Origin: Opitutia bacterium
Lineage (GTDB): Bacteria > Verrucomicrobiota > Verrucomicrobiia > Opitutales > T3Sed10-336
DNA length: 64,000 nucleotides
Assembly: GCA_050506795.1 (NCBI GenBank)
Contig: JBJHCF010000021.1
Span: 22,195 to 86,194, forward strand
Direction: 5' to 3'
The translations under genes and the position numbers were made by a program. Below are positions 18,904 to 28,822 of this stretch, piece after piece. The notes under the pieces were generated by a model. It was not told the DNA's origin and searched no databases. It saw only the letters and a list, made by a program, of their open reading frames with translations. Every line of letters begins with the position of its first letter. Position 1 is the first letter of the stretch.

Positions 18904-19668
18904 ATGAGAAATCAGTTTCCCCGAAATCCGATTCTCCTGGGGGTGAATATTGACCACGCCGCGACGCTGCGACAGGCCCGCTATCGTGGTTCAGTTCGAT
19001 CCGCAGGAGAGATGGTTGAGCCCGATCCTCTATTCATCGCGTTACTGGCTGAAAGAGCCGGAGCGGATGGAATTACGGTGCACCTGCGTGAGGATCGGCG
19101 GCACATTCAAGAGCGCGATGTCTGGCGCCTGCGGGAAAGTATTTCCACACGACTGAACCTGGAAATGGCCTGCACCCCGGAAATGATTGAACTGGCGTTG
19201 AAGCTGAAGCCGAATTCAGTTTGCCTGGTTCCCGAAGGCAGGGATGAAGTGACGACAGAGGGAGGGCTTGATTTGATTGGGCAAAAGAAGCGTGTTACAA
19301 AAACCACCGAGTGCTTGATGGAAGCAGGTATGGTGGTGAGCCTGTTCATAGAGCCAGAACTCGATCAAATAGACTGTGCCGGTGAAATCGGAAGTCGTTG
19401 CGTTGAGCTGCACACGGGAGCATACGCCAACGCATATTACGGATCGAATCGCGGGGTTGAGTTCGAGCGATTGCGGATAGGCTGTAAGCATGCGGCTTCA
19501 GCAGGATTGGTCGTTAATGCGGGCCACGGGATCAATTATGTTAACATTGCCGAGATTCGGACGCTGCCGAATTTGCATGAGCTGAACATTGGACACAGCA
19601 TACTGAGCCGATCAATCACCGTTGGTATTGAGGGTGCGGTGCGTGAGATGAAAAGCAGATTGGAATGA
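18904..19668 (+). CDS. pdxJ: Pyridoxine 5'-phosphate synthase
   Basis: LGVNIDHAATLRQAR, ITVHLREDRRHI, TTEGGLD, ELHTG, NAGHG, ELNIGH. Confidence 0.97.
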   Translation: MRNQFPRNPILLGVNIDHAATLRQARYRGSVRSAGEMVEPDPLFIALLAERAGADGITVHLREDRRHIQERDVWRLRESISTRLNLEMACTPEMIELALKLKPNSVCLVPEGRDEVTTEGGLDLIGQKKRVTKTTECLMEAGMVVSLFIEPELDQIDCAGEIGSRCVELHTGAYANAYYGSNRGVEFERLRIGCKHAASAGLVVNAGHGINYVNIAEIRTLPNLHELNIGHSILSRSITVGIEGAVREMKSRLE

Positions 19669-20081
19669 ACGAACCTTCGCTGCAATTGCCGTTGGGCGGA
19701 TTCCTGATCGGATTGGGGACGGATTTGGTCGAGGTCGGAAGAATTCGCGGCGTCATGGATCGCCAGGGAGACCGGTTTATCAAGAAAGTTTTCACGGAGG
19801 AGGAGCAGGCGTATTGTTTGCGGATGAAACATCCGCATAAGCACCTGGCCGCCCGGTTTGCAGCCAAAGAAGCGGTTTCCAAGGCGTTCACGACCGGTAT
19901 CGGCGGTTGGTTGGGATGGACGTCGGTTTCGGTCTATCACGGCGAGAGGGGAGAGCCGCTCATCCGCCTCGATGTCCAGGGAGAAGCGCTACTGAAGGAA
20001 GTCGGAGCCAATCGGATCTGGATAAGCCTTTCCCATACAGAGTCACTCGCACAGGCAGTTGCCGTTCTGTTGCGCGACTGA
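19665..20081 (+). CDS. acpS: Holo-[ACP] synthase
   Basis: GLGTDLVEVGRI, LAARFAAKEAVSKA, ISLSH; follows pdxJ. Confidence 0.96.
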   Translation: MNEPSLQLPLGGFLIGLGTDLVEVGRIRGVMDRQGDRFIKKVFTEEEQAYCLRMKHPHKHLAARFAAKEAVSKAFTTGIGGWLGWTSVSVYHGERGEPLIRLDVQGEALLKEVGANRIWISLSHTESLAQAVAVLLRD

Positions 20082-20124
20082 AGACTGATGAGCGGGTCGG
20101 GAGAGCGAAGAGACCCAGCAGTGT

Positions 20125-20152
20125 GTCAATTATAAATAGCCTGGCTAATTAT
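20125..20152. repeat. AT-rich palindrome (REP-like), copy B, inverted relative to copy A
   Basis: GTCAATT-ATAAATAGCCTGGCTAATTAT. Confidence 0.8.
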
Positions 20153-20172
20153 TATCAGTTGCCAGTAGGGCA

Positions 20173-20427
20173 TTAAGGCTCGCTATTTTGCTGCCATTCT
20201 CGAGCGGCGGTGATGATTAAGAGAAATAGTCCCAGGAATATGAGGACCAGGCCGGTGGCGGTAAGGATGTCGTGGGTCAGGATCTGCCTTTGGCGTTCGG
20301 GATCTGCGGTTTGCAGCGAGGAGCGGGGGCGGGTGCCGTGGTATACGAACAGGACTAATCCCAGGAGCAACGAGAAGCCTCCGCAGGCTAGTTGTGTTGC
20401 GCGTTTTTTGAAATTAAGACTCCGCAT
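20173..20427 (-). CDS. Small hypothetical membrane protein (2 TM)
   Basis: Two hydrophobic segments; fills the acpS-nnr gap. Confidence 0.5.
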   Translation of the reverse strand: MRSLNFKKRATQLACGGFSLLLGLVLFVYHGTRPRSSLQTADPERQRQILTHDILTATGLVLIFLGLFLLIITAAREWQQNSEP

Positions 20428-20551
20428 GATGTTTTTCGGGTAGAAGAATGAGTGATCTGAAGGGATGATTCAAGGTCTGCGCTGTAAAGATAGGGCGATA
20501 GTGGGATACGCGTGTTTGCTATCTGAGATGTTATTCGCTTCAATGGGTAGA

Positions 20552-22165
20552 ATGAAAATCACCCATCCGGCATTGTCCTGCGAGCAGGGAGCTGCCTGGG
20601 AGAGGTTTGTCCTAGGGAGGGATGAGAAGTCTGAGTGGGCTGCCATGCGGCGTGCGGGATGCTCTATCGGTCGTGGGGTGCTGGAAGACTGGCTCGAGAC
20701 CGGGTTTTCGTTGGAGCATCAGAGTGTCCTCGTGATGTGCGGGAAGGGGCATAATGGCGGCGATGCCTTGTTGGCGGCCAAGGAGATCTTTGGGCAGGTG
20801 CCCTCGGTTCGGATCCAAGTTCTTTTCACTGAAGGTGAGCGTACTCTGCGGCCTTTGACAGCGCGGGCCTGGCGAGAGCTGCGGGAATCCGCCGGGGATT
20901 CGGTTGGATACGAGACGTTACCGTCGGATGGTGAAATTGATGAGTGGCTGGAGGGTCGATTGGGGGCGATTCGCTGGGCGGTTTGTCTCGATGGCGTTCT
21001 GGGTATGGGGTTTAAGCCTCCGGTTCGATCACGTCTGGATAGGCTCATTCGATGGGTTAATGGCAGGGCCAGGATTGTTCTTCGCGCTGCGGTGGATCTT
21101 CCGAGTGGTGTCGGAGACCGCGCCGCGGAGATGCCGTTTCGAGCGGATTTTACCTATATGCCTGGAATATTCAAATTGCCTTCCGTGGTGCCTGCATTGG
21201 AGAAATGGACCGGACGATTGCGCTATCTTGACCTGGCTTTTTTTGATCAGCAGGAACCCGATTGCGCGGAGGCTGTTCCAGGTGAGAGTTCGGATATCGA
21301 ACGACGGGTGATAGAGCCGGCAATTCTTCGTCCATTGCTGGGATTGCGGGATCCGTTGGCTCACAAGATGGCTTACGGGCATCTGATGTTGGTGGGAGGT
21401 TCGTTAGCCTTGCCAGGAGCGATCCTAATGAGTGTGCTGGCGGCGCTTCGGAGCGGGGTCGGTCTGGTTACGGCCTTTGTGCCCCAATCGCTGATGGCGG
21501 CGTTCGCCGCACGGGTACCTGAGGCGATGTGGGTTCCCTGTCCGGAAACGCCGGACGGGGGTTTGGCGATGGAGACTTTGGGATTGTTCCGGGAACGTGT
21601 TTCCCGTGCTTCGGCACTCGTTTTGGGGCCTGGGCTTGGCCGGGGGTCGGAGACTCATTCCCTGGCGGCGGAAATTATAAAAGGGGCGCCCGGCCCGATA
21701 CTCCTTGATGCTGACGGCTTAACCCGGGATCTGGTTGCGGCGGCAGCTGTTCCGGAGCGTGAAGGATCTTTGGTTCTCACCCCACACGGCGGGGAGTTTT
21801 CCCGTATCGCGGGAATGGACTTCGGGAGTGTGGGTGAGTCCGGTCTGGTGGAATTTGCTCGCCGGCGGAACGCGGTTGTGGTGCTTAAAGGGCCGCCGGT
21901 AACTCGTATTACGGATGGACGATCGCTTTGGTACAGCTTGAATGGGGGGCCGGTCCTGGCCCGCGGAGGAAGCGGTGACCTTCTTTCCGGCCTGATCGGG
22001 GGCCTTCTGGCCGCCACTCAATCCGGGGCGCCTCTGGAAACTGTGTCCCGGGGGGTCTACTGGCAGGGATCTGCGGCCGATGCCTTAGCTCGCGAGCGAG
22101 GAGTGGTTGCGGTTGCGGCAACCGACCTGATCGAGTGTTTGGGCGGGGTCTTACGCGATCATTGA
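20552..22165 (+). CDS. nnr: Bifunctional NAD(P)HX epimerase/dehydratase
   Basis: CGKGHNGGD, DGVLGMG, AVDLPSG, GPGLG, LDADG, TPHGGEF, GGSGDLLSG. Start uncertain (20465-20552). Confidence 0.92.
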   Translation: MKITHPALSCEQGAAWERFVLGRDEKSEWAAMRRAGCSIGRGVLEDWLETGFSLEHQSVLVMCGKGHNGGDALLAAKEIFGQVPSVRIQVLFTEGERTLRPLTARAWRELRESAGDSVGYETLPSDGEIDEWLEGRLGAIRWAVCLDGVLGMGFKPPVRSRLDRLIRWVNGRARIVLRAAVDLPSGVGDRAAEMPFRADFTYMPGIFKLPSVVPALEKWTGRLRYLDLAFFDQQEPDCAEAVPGESSDIERRVIEPAILRPLLGLRDPLAHKMAYGHLMLVGGSLALPGAILMSVLAALRSGVGLVTAFVPQSLMAAFAARVPEAMWVPCPETPDGGLAMETLGLFRERVSRASALVLGPGLGRGSETHSLAAEIIKGAPGPILLDADGLTRDLVAAAAVPEREGSLVLTPHGGEFSRIAGMDFGSVGESGLVEFARRRNAVVVLKGPPVTRITDGRSLWYSLNGGPVLARGGSGDLLSGLIGGLLAATQSGAPLETVSRGVYWQGSAADALARERGVVAVAATDLIECLGGVLRDH

Positions 22166-22172
22166 TCAAGGT

Positions 22173-22967
22173 TTACTCGGGCCAGCCTTCCCACCGCGCA
22201 CGTCCCTCGCCGACGCCCGGCGTGTTTCCACCGCGGCCGTCTTCTTCAATGCGCAGGTACTCGCGATGGCTCACTAAAATATTTACTGGGCCCCGTCGAC
22301 GGAGAGCGATTCGGTCGCCTTCGGCTATACTGCCCTCGTAGATGGTCTCGCCGGTTTCGATTTCCGTTACCCGGACCAGATCGATGTCTCCCCGGCCGAC
22401 AAGGAAGAGTTCTTTGATTCCCTCTCCGGGTTCATCCGTGACGGCCTCCGGGGAATCGGATCCGATGATGGCGAACACGATGGCAATCAAGGCCGCGACC
22501 ACAACCAAGGTTGCGGCGATGGTGGCGCCGACCTTGATATAGAAAGCCTTGTCGCGCCCCTCCGTAGAGGTGAAAGCGGACTCGCGACGACGTTCCTGCC
22601 CGTCCTCGTGCTCCCGGGCAACGGCCGCCGCGGTGGATTCGGTGGACGGGCCGGTGGAGTGGCCGAGTTCAAGTCGGCCATAGGATTCCGTCTGGTTTTC
22701 TTGAGTGGCGCTTTTGACGGTGTGCGGAGATTCGCCTCCCGACAGTCCGTCATAATCGGTGAGTATACGGGTTCCGTTGAGTTTCAGAAAGTTAGCGTAA
22801 TTCCTGAGGAAACCGCGGATGTAGATTTCGGGAAGATCGATCTGGAACGAGTTGTTTTCGAAGGCAGCGAGGTACTCTCCTCGGATCTTGGTCGATTCAG
22901 CCGCTTCCCGCACTGAAATGCCTTTGTGTTTGCGGGCTTCCTCCAATCTTTCACCGATAGTTTGCAT
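22173..22967 (-). CDS. RodZ-like helix-turn-helix membrane protein
   Basis: IGERLEEARK...TKIR..YL..FE...YIRGFLRNYA, single TM; downstream of ftsK. Confidence 0.8.
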   Translation of the reverse strand: MQTIGERLEEARKHKGISVREAAESTKIRGEYLAAFENNSFQIDLPEIYIRGFLRNYANFLKLNGTRILTDYDGLSGGESPHTVKSATQENQTESYGRLELGHSTGPSTESTAAAVAREHEDGQERRRESAFTSTEGRDKAFYIKVGATIAATLVVVAALIAIVFAIIGSDSPEAVTDEPGEGIKELFLVGRGDIDLVRVTEIETGETIYEGSIAEGDRIALRRRGPVNILVSHREYLRIEEDGRGGNTPGVGEGRARWEGWPE

Positions 22968-23018
22968 ACTTGGGTCTGTGCATAAACTCCCGTGCGGGAA
23001 AAGACCACAAAAAATTGG

Positions 23019-25460
23019 TCAGTCGTCGTCGAGATTGACGAGAATCTCTCGCGGACTGGATCCGTTCTCCGGACCGACAATCCCCTGGCGTTCCAGAATC
23101 TCCATCAGCCGCGCGGCGCGGTTGTACCCGACTCGCAGTCGGCGTTGCAGCATTGAGGTGGAAGCGCGTTTGGTGGAACGTAGGACTTCGATGGCATCCG
23201 GCAGCAACTCGTCCTCTTCCTCATCGGTGGATTCTTCGGCCTCCGGACGTTCAATCTGTTCCTGGATGTCGGCCGAAAACTGCGGAGGCCCGTTCTGTTT
23301 GAGGAATTCAACGATCCTGTTGATCTCGTCGTCGGAAATGAACGCTCCCTGTGATCGCACCAGGCGCGAACTTCCGGGAGGGGAGAACAGCATGTCACCA
23401 CGGCCGATCAGTTGTTCGGCTCCTCCGGTGTCCAGGATTGTGCGACTATCGACCTTTGAAGCCACCTGGAAAGCGATGCGGGACGGCAGGTTGGCTTTGA
23501 TCACTCCGGTAATGACGTTTACCGACGGGCGCTGGGTGGCGATCACTAGGTGGATTCCCGCGGCACGCGCCAATTGAGCGAGTCGGGCGATACCGGTTTC
23601 GACATCGGCTGGAGCCACCATCATCAGATCAGCCAATTCGTCGATTATGGCGACGATATAGGGTAGTTTTTCGGGGATCTCCAAATCGGAGTCGCGCGGG
23701 ACTTCCACTTCCGGAGCCACGGCTTCGGGAACTTCACCGATGAGGTCGTCGTCGGCAAAGGATCCTTTGAGGGCTTGTTTCTCGGCTTTTTCCGCCTCCT
23801 TTTTGCGCTGAGCGTTAAAACCGGCGATATTTCTGACTCCCACCTTGGCGAAAATCTGATAACGCCGGTCCATCTCGTTGATCAGCCACTTCAAGGCTCC
23901 GGGAACCTTTTTGGGTTCCGTTACGACTGGGATCAACATATGGGGCAGGTCGTTGAAAATCTTCATTTCAACGATTTTAGGATCGACCATTAGAAAGCGC
24001 AGGTCTTCAGGACTGGCGTGGTACAACAGAGAAGTGATGATGCTGTTGATACAGACCGTTTTCCCAGCCCCGGTGGCGCCGGCGATCAGGAGGTGGGGCA
24101 TTTTGGTGAGATCGGCGATCAGGGGTTTACCGCTAACGTCTTTGCCCAGCGCGATCGGGATTTCGGCATGAGAACTGGCCCAATCCTCCGACTCGATGAT
24201 TTCTCGAATGCGTACCGGTTTGGCGTGGCGGTTTGGCACTTCAATGCCAACGCATCCCTTGCCCGGAACTGGCGCCATTATACGAACGGCGGTGGCCTTG
24301 AGGGCAAGCGCGATGTTCTTGTCCAGACTGACGATTCGTTCGACGCGAACCCCGGCGGCAGGGAAGACCTCGTAGCGCGTAATAACCGGCCCGGTATGGA
24401 CTTCACCCATGGTGACCTCGACGCCAAACTCCTTTAGCGTGCGAACCAGGTTTTCCGCGGTTTCGATGTGATCATCCTCAGTTTCGGTCTCGGGAGCTTC
24501 CTCAGGTTGGTCGAGAAGATCCAGATCCGGAAACTGATAGTCGCCTTTATGTTTTGGCAGGGGTGGCGAAGCGGCTTTGCGGGTGGTGGCCCCGGTGACG
24601 ATCTTGAGCGGTGTTGCCGTACGGCTGCCGTTGGCGCCGGTGAGTGCGGCTGGAATCTGTTCGGTGCCTTTGGCGCGAGGCGTATCGTTCTGAGTCGCTT
24701 TTAAATCGCGGAGGCTCGGCTTTTTCCTTGTAGCCGGGGGCGGATAGGCCTTCTTGCCGGAATCGGAATCGGTGAACTCGGCGTTGAGTTTCCGCTGTGC
24801 CTTCTCACGGGCCGCTGCCTCTCGTGCCTTCCGTCGCTCTTCCCGTCGTTCCTTCCTAATGCGTCGCCGTTCCCCGAAATTGTGGAAGAAGCCTTCGGCG
24901 GCCTTGCCCAAATCCCGCGTAATCAAGAGCAACAGCGCGAAGAGGAAGGCGGCTCCCATGATTAACACCGAGCCAAAAACGCCGATGTTATAGCGAAGCA
25001 ACTGGTCGTACAGAAGGGTTCCGACCACGCCCCCCGGACCCTGGGTGTGAACCCCCTCGGTCAGAAAAACGCTGTTCTGCATGGATAGCAGTCCGGCACC
25101 GGTCAGAACAAGCACGACTAGGGCGATGACTTTATCGTACTGCAAACGGTACGAGCGGCTGAAGAGGATCCACGCGACCCAGATAAGCAGAATGGGAACC
25201 AGCCAGGCGCAGCCTCCGAAAAGGTGAAACGTGAAAAAGGCGGTCTTTGCGCCAAACCGACCGACCAGGTTTTCTCCTGTGGGGTCGGTGGTATTCACGA
25301 CATCCTGATCCGGGTGAAAATCGTAAAGAGATACGAGAATCAGCACCCCCAGAACCGCAAAAATACTCCCAGCGATCGGCCGGCACCGCGCCTTGGTCGG
25401 CTGGTTGAAAGTGGGAGCCGGTGTTTTCGACGTCTCCGGCGCTGTTTTCTTGTTACCCAT
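23019..25460 (-). CDS. ftsK: DNA translocase FtsK
   Basis: N-terminal TM domain; PHLLIAGATGAGKT, IIDELADLMM, ATQRPSV, gamma domain STSMLQRRLRVGYNRAAR. Confidence 0.97.
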   Translation of the reverse strand: MGNKKTAPETSKTPAPTFNQPTKARCRPIAGSIFAVLGVLILVSLYDFHPDQDVVNTTDPTGENLVGRFGAKTAFFTFHLFGGCAWLVPILLIWVAWILFSRSYRLQYDKVIALVVLVLTGAGLLSMQNSVFLTEGVHTQGPGGVVGTLLYDQLLRYNIGVFGSVLIMGAAFLFALLLLITRDLGKAAEGFFHNFGERRRIRKERREERRKAREAAAREKAQRKLNAEFTDSDSGKKAYPPPATRKKPSLRDLKATQNDTPRAKGTEQIPAALTGANGSRTATPLKIVTGATTRKAASPPLPKHKGDYQFPDLDLLDQPEEAPETETEDDHIETAENLVRTLKEFGVEVTMGEVHTGPVITRYEVFPAAGVRVERIVSLDKNIALALKATAVRIMAPVPGKGCVGIEVPNRHAKPVRIREIIESEDWASSHAEIPIALGKDVSGKPLIADLTKMPHLLIAGATGAGKTVCINSIITSLLYHASPEDLRFLMVDPKIVEMKIFNDLPHMLIPVVTEPKKVPGALKWLINEMDRRYQIFAKVGVRNIAGFNAQRKKEAEKAEKQALKGSFADDDLIGEVPEAVAPEVEVPRDSDLEIPEKLPYIVAIIDELADLMMVAPADVETGIARLAQLARAAGIHLVIATQRPSVNVITGVIKANLPSRIAFQVASKVDSRTILDTGGAEQLIGRGDMLFSPPGSSRLVRSQGAFISDDEINRIVEFLKQNGPPQFSADIQEQIERPEAEESTDEEEDELLPDAIEVLRSTKRASTSMLQRRLRVGYNRAARLMEILERQGIVGPENGSSPREILVNLDDD

Positions 25461-25549
25461 CGATCCGTTAAAATAGGGCATCAGGTCACCGCATTTAAAG
25501 CACTAATGTACGTTGACCGCTTGTCGGGAGGCAAATTAACTCTTTTTTC

Positions 25550-26512
25550 ATGACGTTGCCGATTGTTTTCGAAGCTCTTTACAAGGAACGGGTCTGGGGC
25601 GGGCGCCGTTTGGAAGAGGAATTGGGGCGATCCCTTCCTCCATCGGTTCCGATAGGCGAAAGCTGGGAGATTGTCGACCGGTCCGATGCACAGTCCATCG
25701 TGAAAGGTGGCGACTACGACGGGCTCACCCTGCGCGAGATCGTGCAGGCGAATCCGTCCGGAATCATGGGCCCCGGGTACGATCCGGCGCGCCCGTTCCC
25801 GATCCTGGTCAAGTGGTTGGATTGCCGGGAGCGTTTGAGTCTGCAGGTGCATCCGCCGGCCGAAGTGGCAGCGGAACTTGGAGGCGAACCCAAAACCGAG
25901 AATTGGTACATCGCGGCTGCCGAACCCGGCGCCGGCTTGCTCGTCGGGCTCAGGAGAGGGGTACGTCGTGGCGAATTTGAACGCGCGTTGCGCGAGGAAA
26001 GGCTGGAGGAATGCGTCCATCGCGTCGAATGTTCCCCCGGGGATTCAATCCTGGTGCGCAGCGGCCGCATCCACGCCATCGACGGGGGCAACCTGATCCT
26101 GGAGATTCAGCAGAATTCCGACACAACCTACCGGGTTTACGACTGGGGCAGGGTGGGACTCGACGGGAAAAAGCGCGATTTGCACATCAAGGAATCGTTG
26201 GCCTGCATTGATTTCGACGATTTCGAGCCCGACCTTGTTCGTCCCGGGCTGGGAGATGCGACACTGGCCGACTGTCCTGAGTTTCGCATCCGCAAGGTGG
26301 TCGTGGGCTCGGACAGGACGCCATTGCGCTTTCGGTCCGGGGAGGGCCCGTTTCTTCTCCACGTGGTGGAGGGTGCGGTGCGGGTGGCGAACGAAAACCA
26401 TGCTCTAGATCGCGGCGCCAACGCGCTGGTTCCCTGGGAAGGGGAGCTCGAACTTACGGCTGATCGTGACGCCGTCGTGCTGGTTACCGACCGGTTCACC
26501 ACGAATTCCTGA
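25550..26512 (+). CDS. Class I mannose-6-phosphate isomerase
   Basis: [50 protein letters not shown]. Confidence 0.92.
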   Translation: MTLPIVFEALYKERVWGGRRLEEELGRSLPPSVPIGESWEIVDRSDAQSIVKGGDYDGLTLREIVQANPSGIMGPGYDPARPFPILVKWLDCRERLSLQVHPPAEVAAELGGEPKTENWYIAAAEPGAGLLVGLRRGVRRGEFERALREERLEECVHRVECSPGDSILVRSGRIHAIDGGNLILEIQQNSDTTYRVYDWGRVGLDGKKRDLHIKESLACIDFDDFEPDLVRPGLGDATLADCPEFRIRKVVVGSDRTPLRFRSGEGPFLLHVVEGAVRVANENHALDRGANALVPWEGELELTADRDAVVLVTDRFTTNS

Positions 26513-26623
26513 CCAGTCGGGATCTTTTGCCGGAAACCTGCAATGAGGTGAAAAAGGTGCTTTACAGGGGCGAAAAATCCCTGCAACCTCTTCCTTTTTT
26601 CAGGAATAAAGAGCAGACAAATT

Positions 26624-26719
26624 ATGGGTAATCTGAAGAAGAAACGCCGTTTAAAGATATCGAAGCACAAGCGTCGCAAGCGCTCTAAGGCGAATCGCCA
26701 TAAGAAGCGCACGTGGTAG
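26624..26719 (+). CDS. 31-aa basic protein, AURKAIP1/COX24 (bS22/mS38-like) family
   Basis: Hand translation [31 protein letters not shown]; matches the KKRR.K..KHK.RK pattern. Below the ORF-track cutoff. Confidence 0.85.
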   Translation: MGNLKKKRRLKISKHKRRKRSKANRHKKRTW

Positions 26720-26770
26720 CTTGCGGCCACTATGCCGTTGGCGGGGGCGGCGACTTTATTCCGTATTTAC

Positions 26771-27643
26771 TCAATCCCCGATCCGAATGATTGTATAGCC
26801 TTGGCTGTTTAACAGCTCAAGCATGTTGCCGGGGCCCAAGAGGTGGGCCAGCCCTACGGCGATAAATGCGTTTCCCTCTTCCAGAGCGGGAAGGGCTTTC
26901 TCGGTCATGGTTAGATTGCGTTGGTCCAGTAATGCCTCCACGTAATCGTCGTTGGAGTCGGTCCTTAAGCCATCAATCAATCTTTCCACCTTGGTCGTAT
27001 CTCCGGATGCGTAAGCTGCGATCAATTCATGGTATTGGGGGTAGCCGTTTTCCATTTCATCCAGAGCCTCTTCGATCAGCTGGACGATGGTGTCGTCGTC
27101 CAGATTTTTGAAGACCGCCATTTGTTCCTCGACGGTTTCCAGTGCTCTGACCTCGATTTGCCGGTCACGTGCTTCCTGGTACAGACGCACGTCCATCACC
27201 TGAAAAAAATCCTCGTTAGGCGGCAGCGCAAAAAAAACAGGAATCATTTCAAAAGCCAGATTTCGCAGCATGAGGTCGGGAAGGCCGGCCCGTTGCGCTG
27301 CCGACCTCACCCGGGAATGAAGATGCTCCGGAACTCTGTTCTCCCAGCCTTGACCGCCAAAATCAAAGGCGGCGGCAGCCATTATGCCGATATTCTCATT
27401 GGTGAGGTCAATTTCGGGCATAAATACGCTTGATTGAGCCAAGGCTTCAATAACCGCATCCGGAATGCCGCGAACATTCGGATGGGAAGAGTGTATGGTT
27501 CCCATGATGTGGCTCTCTTTTCCCTCACGTTCGGCCTTCCAAAGGAATGGCTGTTGCGCTGATAAAACCGGAGCTAACAAGCCCAGTGTCAGGAAAATTA
27601 GAATACGGAAAAGGTTCAATCTGAATGGGAAAGACGTTTGCAT
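26771..27643 (-). CDS. TraB/GumN family protein
   Basis: Signal peptide; LWK...MGTIH, MD, LETVEEQ, LLDQRN, FIAVGLAHL.G. Confidence 0.9.
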   Translation of the reverse strand: MQTSFPFRLNLFRILIFLTLGLLAPVLSAQQPFLWKAEREGKESHIMGTIHSSHPNVRGIPDAVIEALAQSSVFMPEIDLTNENIGIMAAAAFDFGGQGWENRVPEHLHSRVRSAAQRAGLPDLMLRNLAFEMIPVFFALPPNEDFFQVMDVRLYQEARDRQIEVRALETVEEQMAVFKNLDDDTIVQLIEEALDEMENGYPQYHELIAAYASGDTTKVERLIDGLRTDSNDDYVEALLDQRNLTMTEKALPALEEGNAFIAVGLAHLLGPGNMLELLNSQGYTIIRIGD

Positions 27644-27781
27644 GGTACAGAATATACCTCGGAAAAACCATGTTTCGCAACCCTCGTGAGAGGTATTCTA
27701 AAAAAATTGTAAACATGTTATTATGTTGAATTTACGAATTGATCGATTGGTTTCCATTGCGGTAAGTCTGCGTTCCACAAC

Positions 27782-28822
27782 ATGGCGATATCCAGACACA
27801 GTGCATATTTTGTCGAGCATTCGGATGCGGGGTTTCTTATTGCCCGAACCTCTGGCTATGTCACGCCCCTGACGTTGGAGGAGGTCTGCGAGACGCCCTC
27901 GGACGGAGACCGGGAAATTGTTTCGCTCGTCGAAAGCATGGGAGGCGCATCGGGCGCCGCAGGATACACCCGTGCCCGTTGCGGGGTTTATCCGCAAGGG
28001 CGTCTTTTAGGCAAATTGACGATCGACGAGCCTCGTCGGGCCAAGGATCCGCGTTACCTGGAGGAACGGGTGAAGTCTGAGTTCAATATCGAACCGTCCG
28101 GTTATCACTTGGCGGTGTTGAACCTGCGAACCGGAGCTGCTGCCGATATCGGGAGTTTGATGGAAAAGGAGTTCTTTGTCTGCGGCGCACCTATCGAAAC
28201 ATTCTCCGAGGCGCAGAAGCATGTGCTTCAGCTTGGAGTCTTCCCTGATCGATTGGAGTTGGGCAGTGTCGCAAGTATCGGAGCTCTGGTGGACTACCAC
28301 CGGCATGCCGGGTTTGACGCTCCCACATTGATGCTGGAGATAGGACGACGGGATACTCGCGTGGTGATTATTCACCGCGGGGCGGTGGACGCGGTTAGAA
28401 CTATTCCAAGTGGGTTGCAGTCGATGATAGCTGTTGTGCAGCGTGATCTGGGCTTGAAGGACGAAGAGGCGGCACGTCGTTTGTTTTATTCCGACTCCTT
28501 CGATTTCAAGGAGATGGGACCCCGACTTGTTGACCGACTCCTGCGCGAAATTCAATCGACGGTAGGTTTTTACGAAGTGAGTACCGGCCTTTCGGTTGGT
28601 CAGGTGATCTGCACCAAAGCCCCTCATCAGTTGGCCTGGCTGAACAAGACTTTCGCCAAGGCTCTAAACGTGGATCCGTTGACCTTGAGCTTTCCGGGTT
28701 GGTTGGAACGGAATGGGGTCTCCCTGGGATCCGGTATAGACGCCGACAATATTCCCGCCCATTGGCTGGGATTGCTGGGCCTCATTATTGACGCTGGAGT
28801 GCCGGACGATGAAACGAAATAG
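27782..28822 (+). CDS. PilM-like (actin-fold) assembly protein, divergent
   Basis: LEIGRRDT, LLREIQSTVGFY resemble the PilM C-terminal half; first gene before PilN/O-like genes and the secretin. Confidence 0.65.
   Translation: MAISRHSAYFVEHSDAGFLIARTSGYVTPLTLEEVCETPSDGDREIVSLVESMGGASGAAGYTRARCGVYPQGRLLGKLTIDEPRRAKDPRYLEERVKSEFNIEPSGYHLAVLNLRTGAAADIGSLMEKEFFVCGAPIETFSEAQKHVLQLGVFPDRLELGSVASIGALVDYHRHAGFDAPTLMLEIGRRDTRVVIIHRGAVDAVRTIPSGLQSMIAVVQRDLGLKDEEAARRLFYSDSFDFKEMGPRLVDRLLREIQSTVGFYEVSTGLSVGQVICTKAPHQLAWLNKTFAKALNVDPLTLSFPGWLERNGVSLGSGIDADNIPAHWLGLLGLIIDAGVPDDETK

Noticed and set aside
27745..27765. Sigma54 promoter before the PilM-like gene
   Set aside because: GG-to-GC spacing is 8 nt rather than the required 10.
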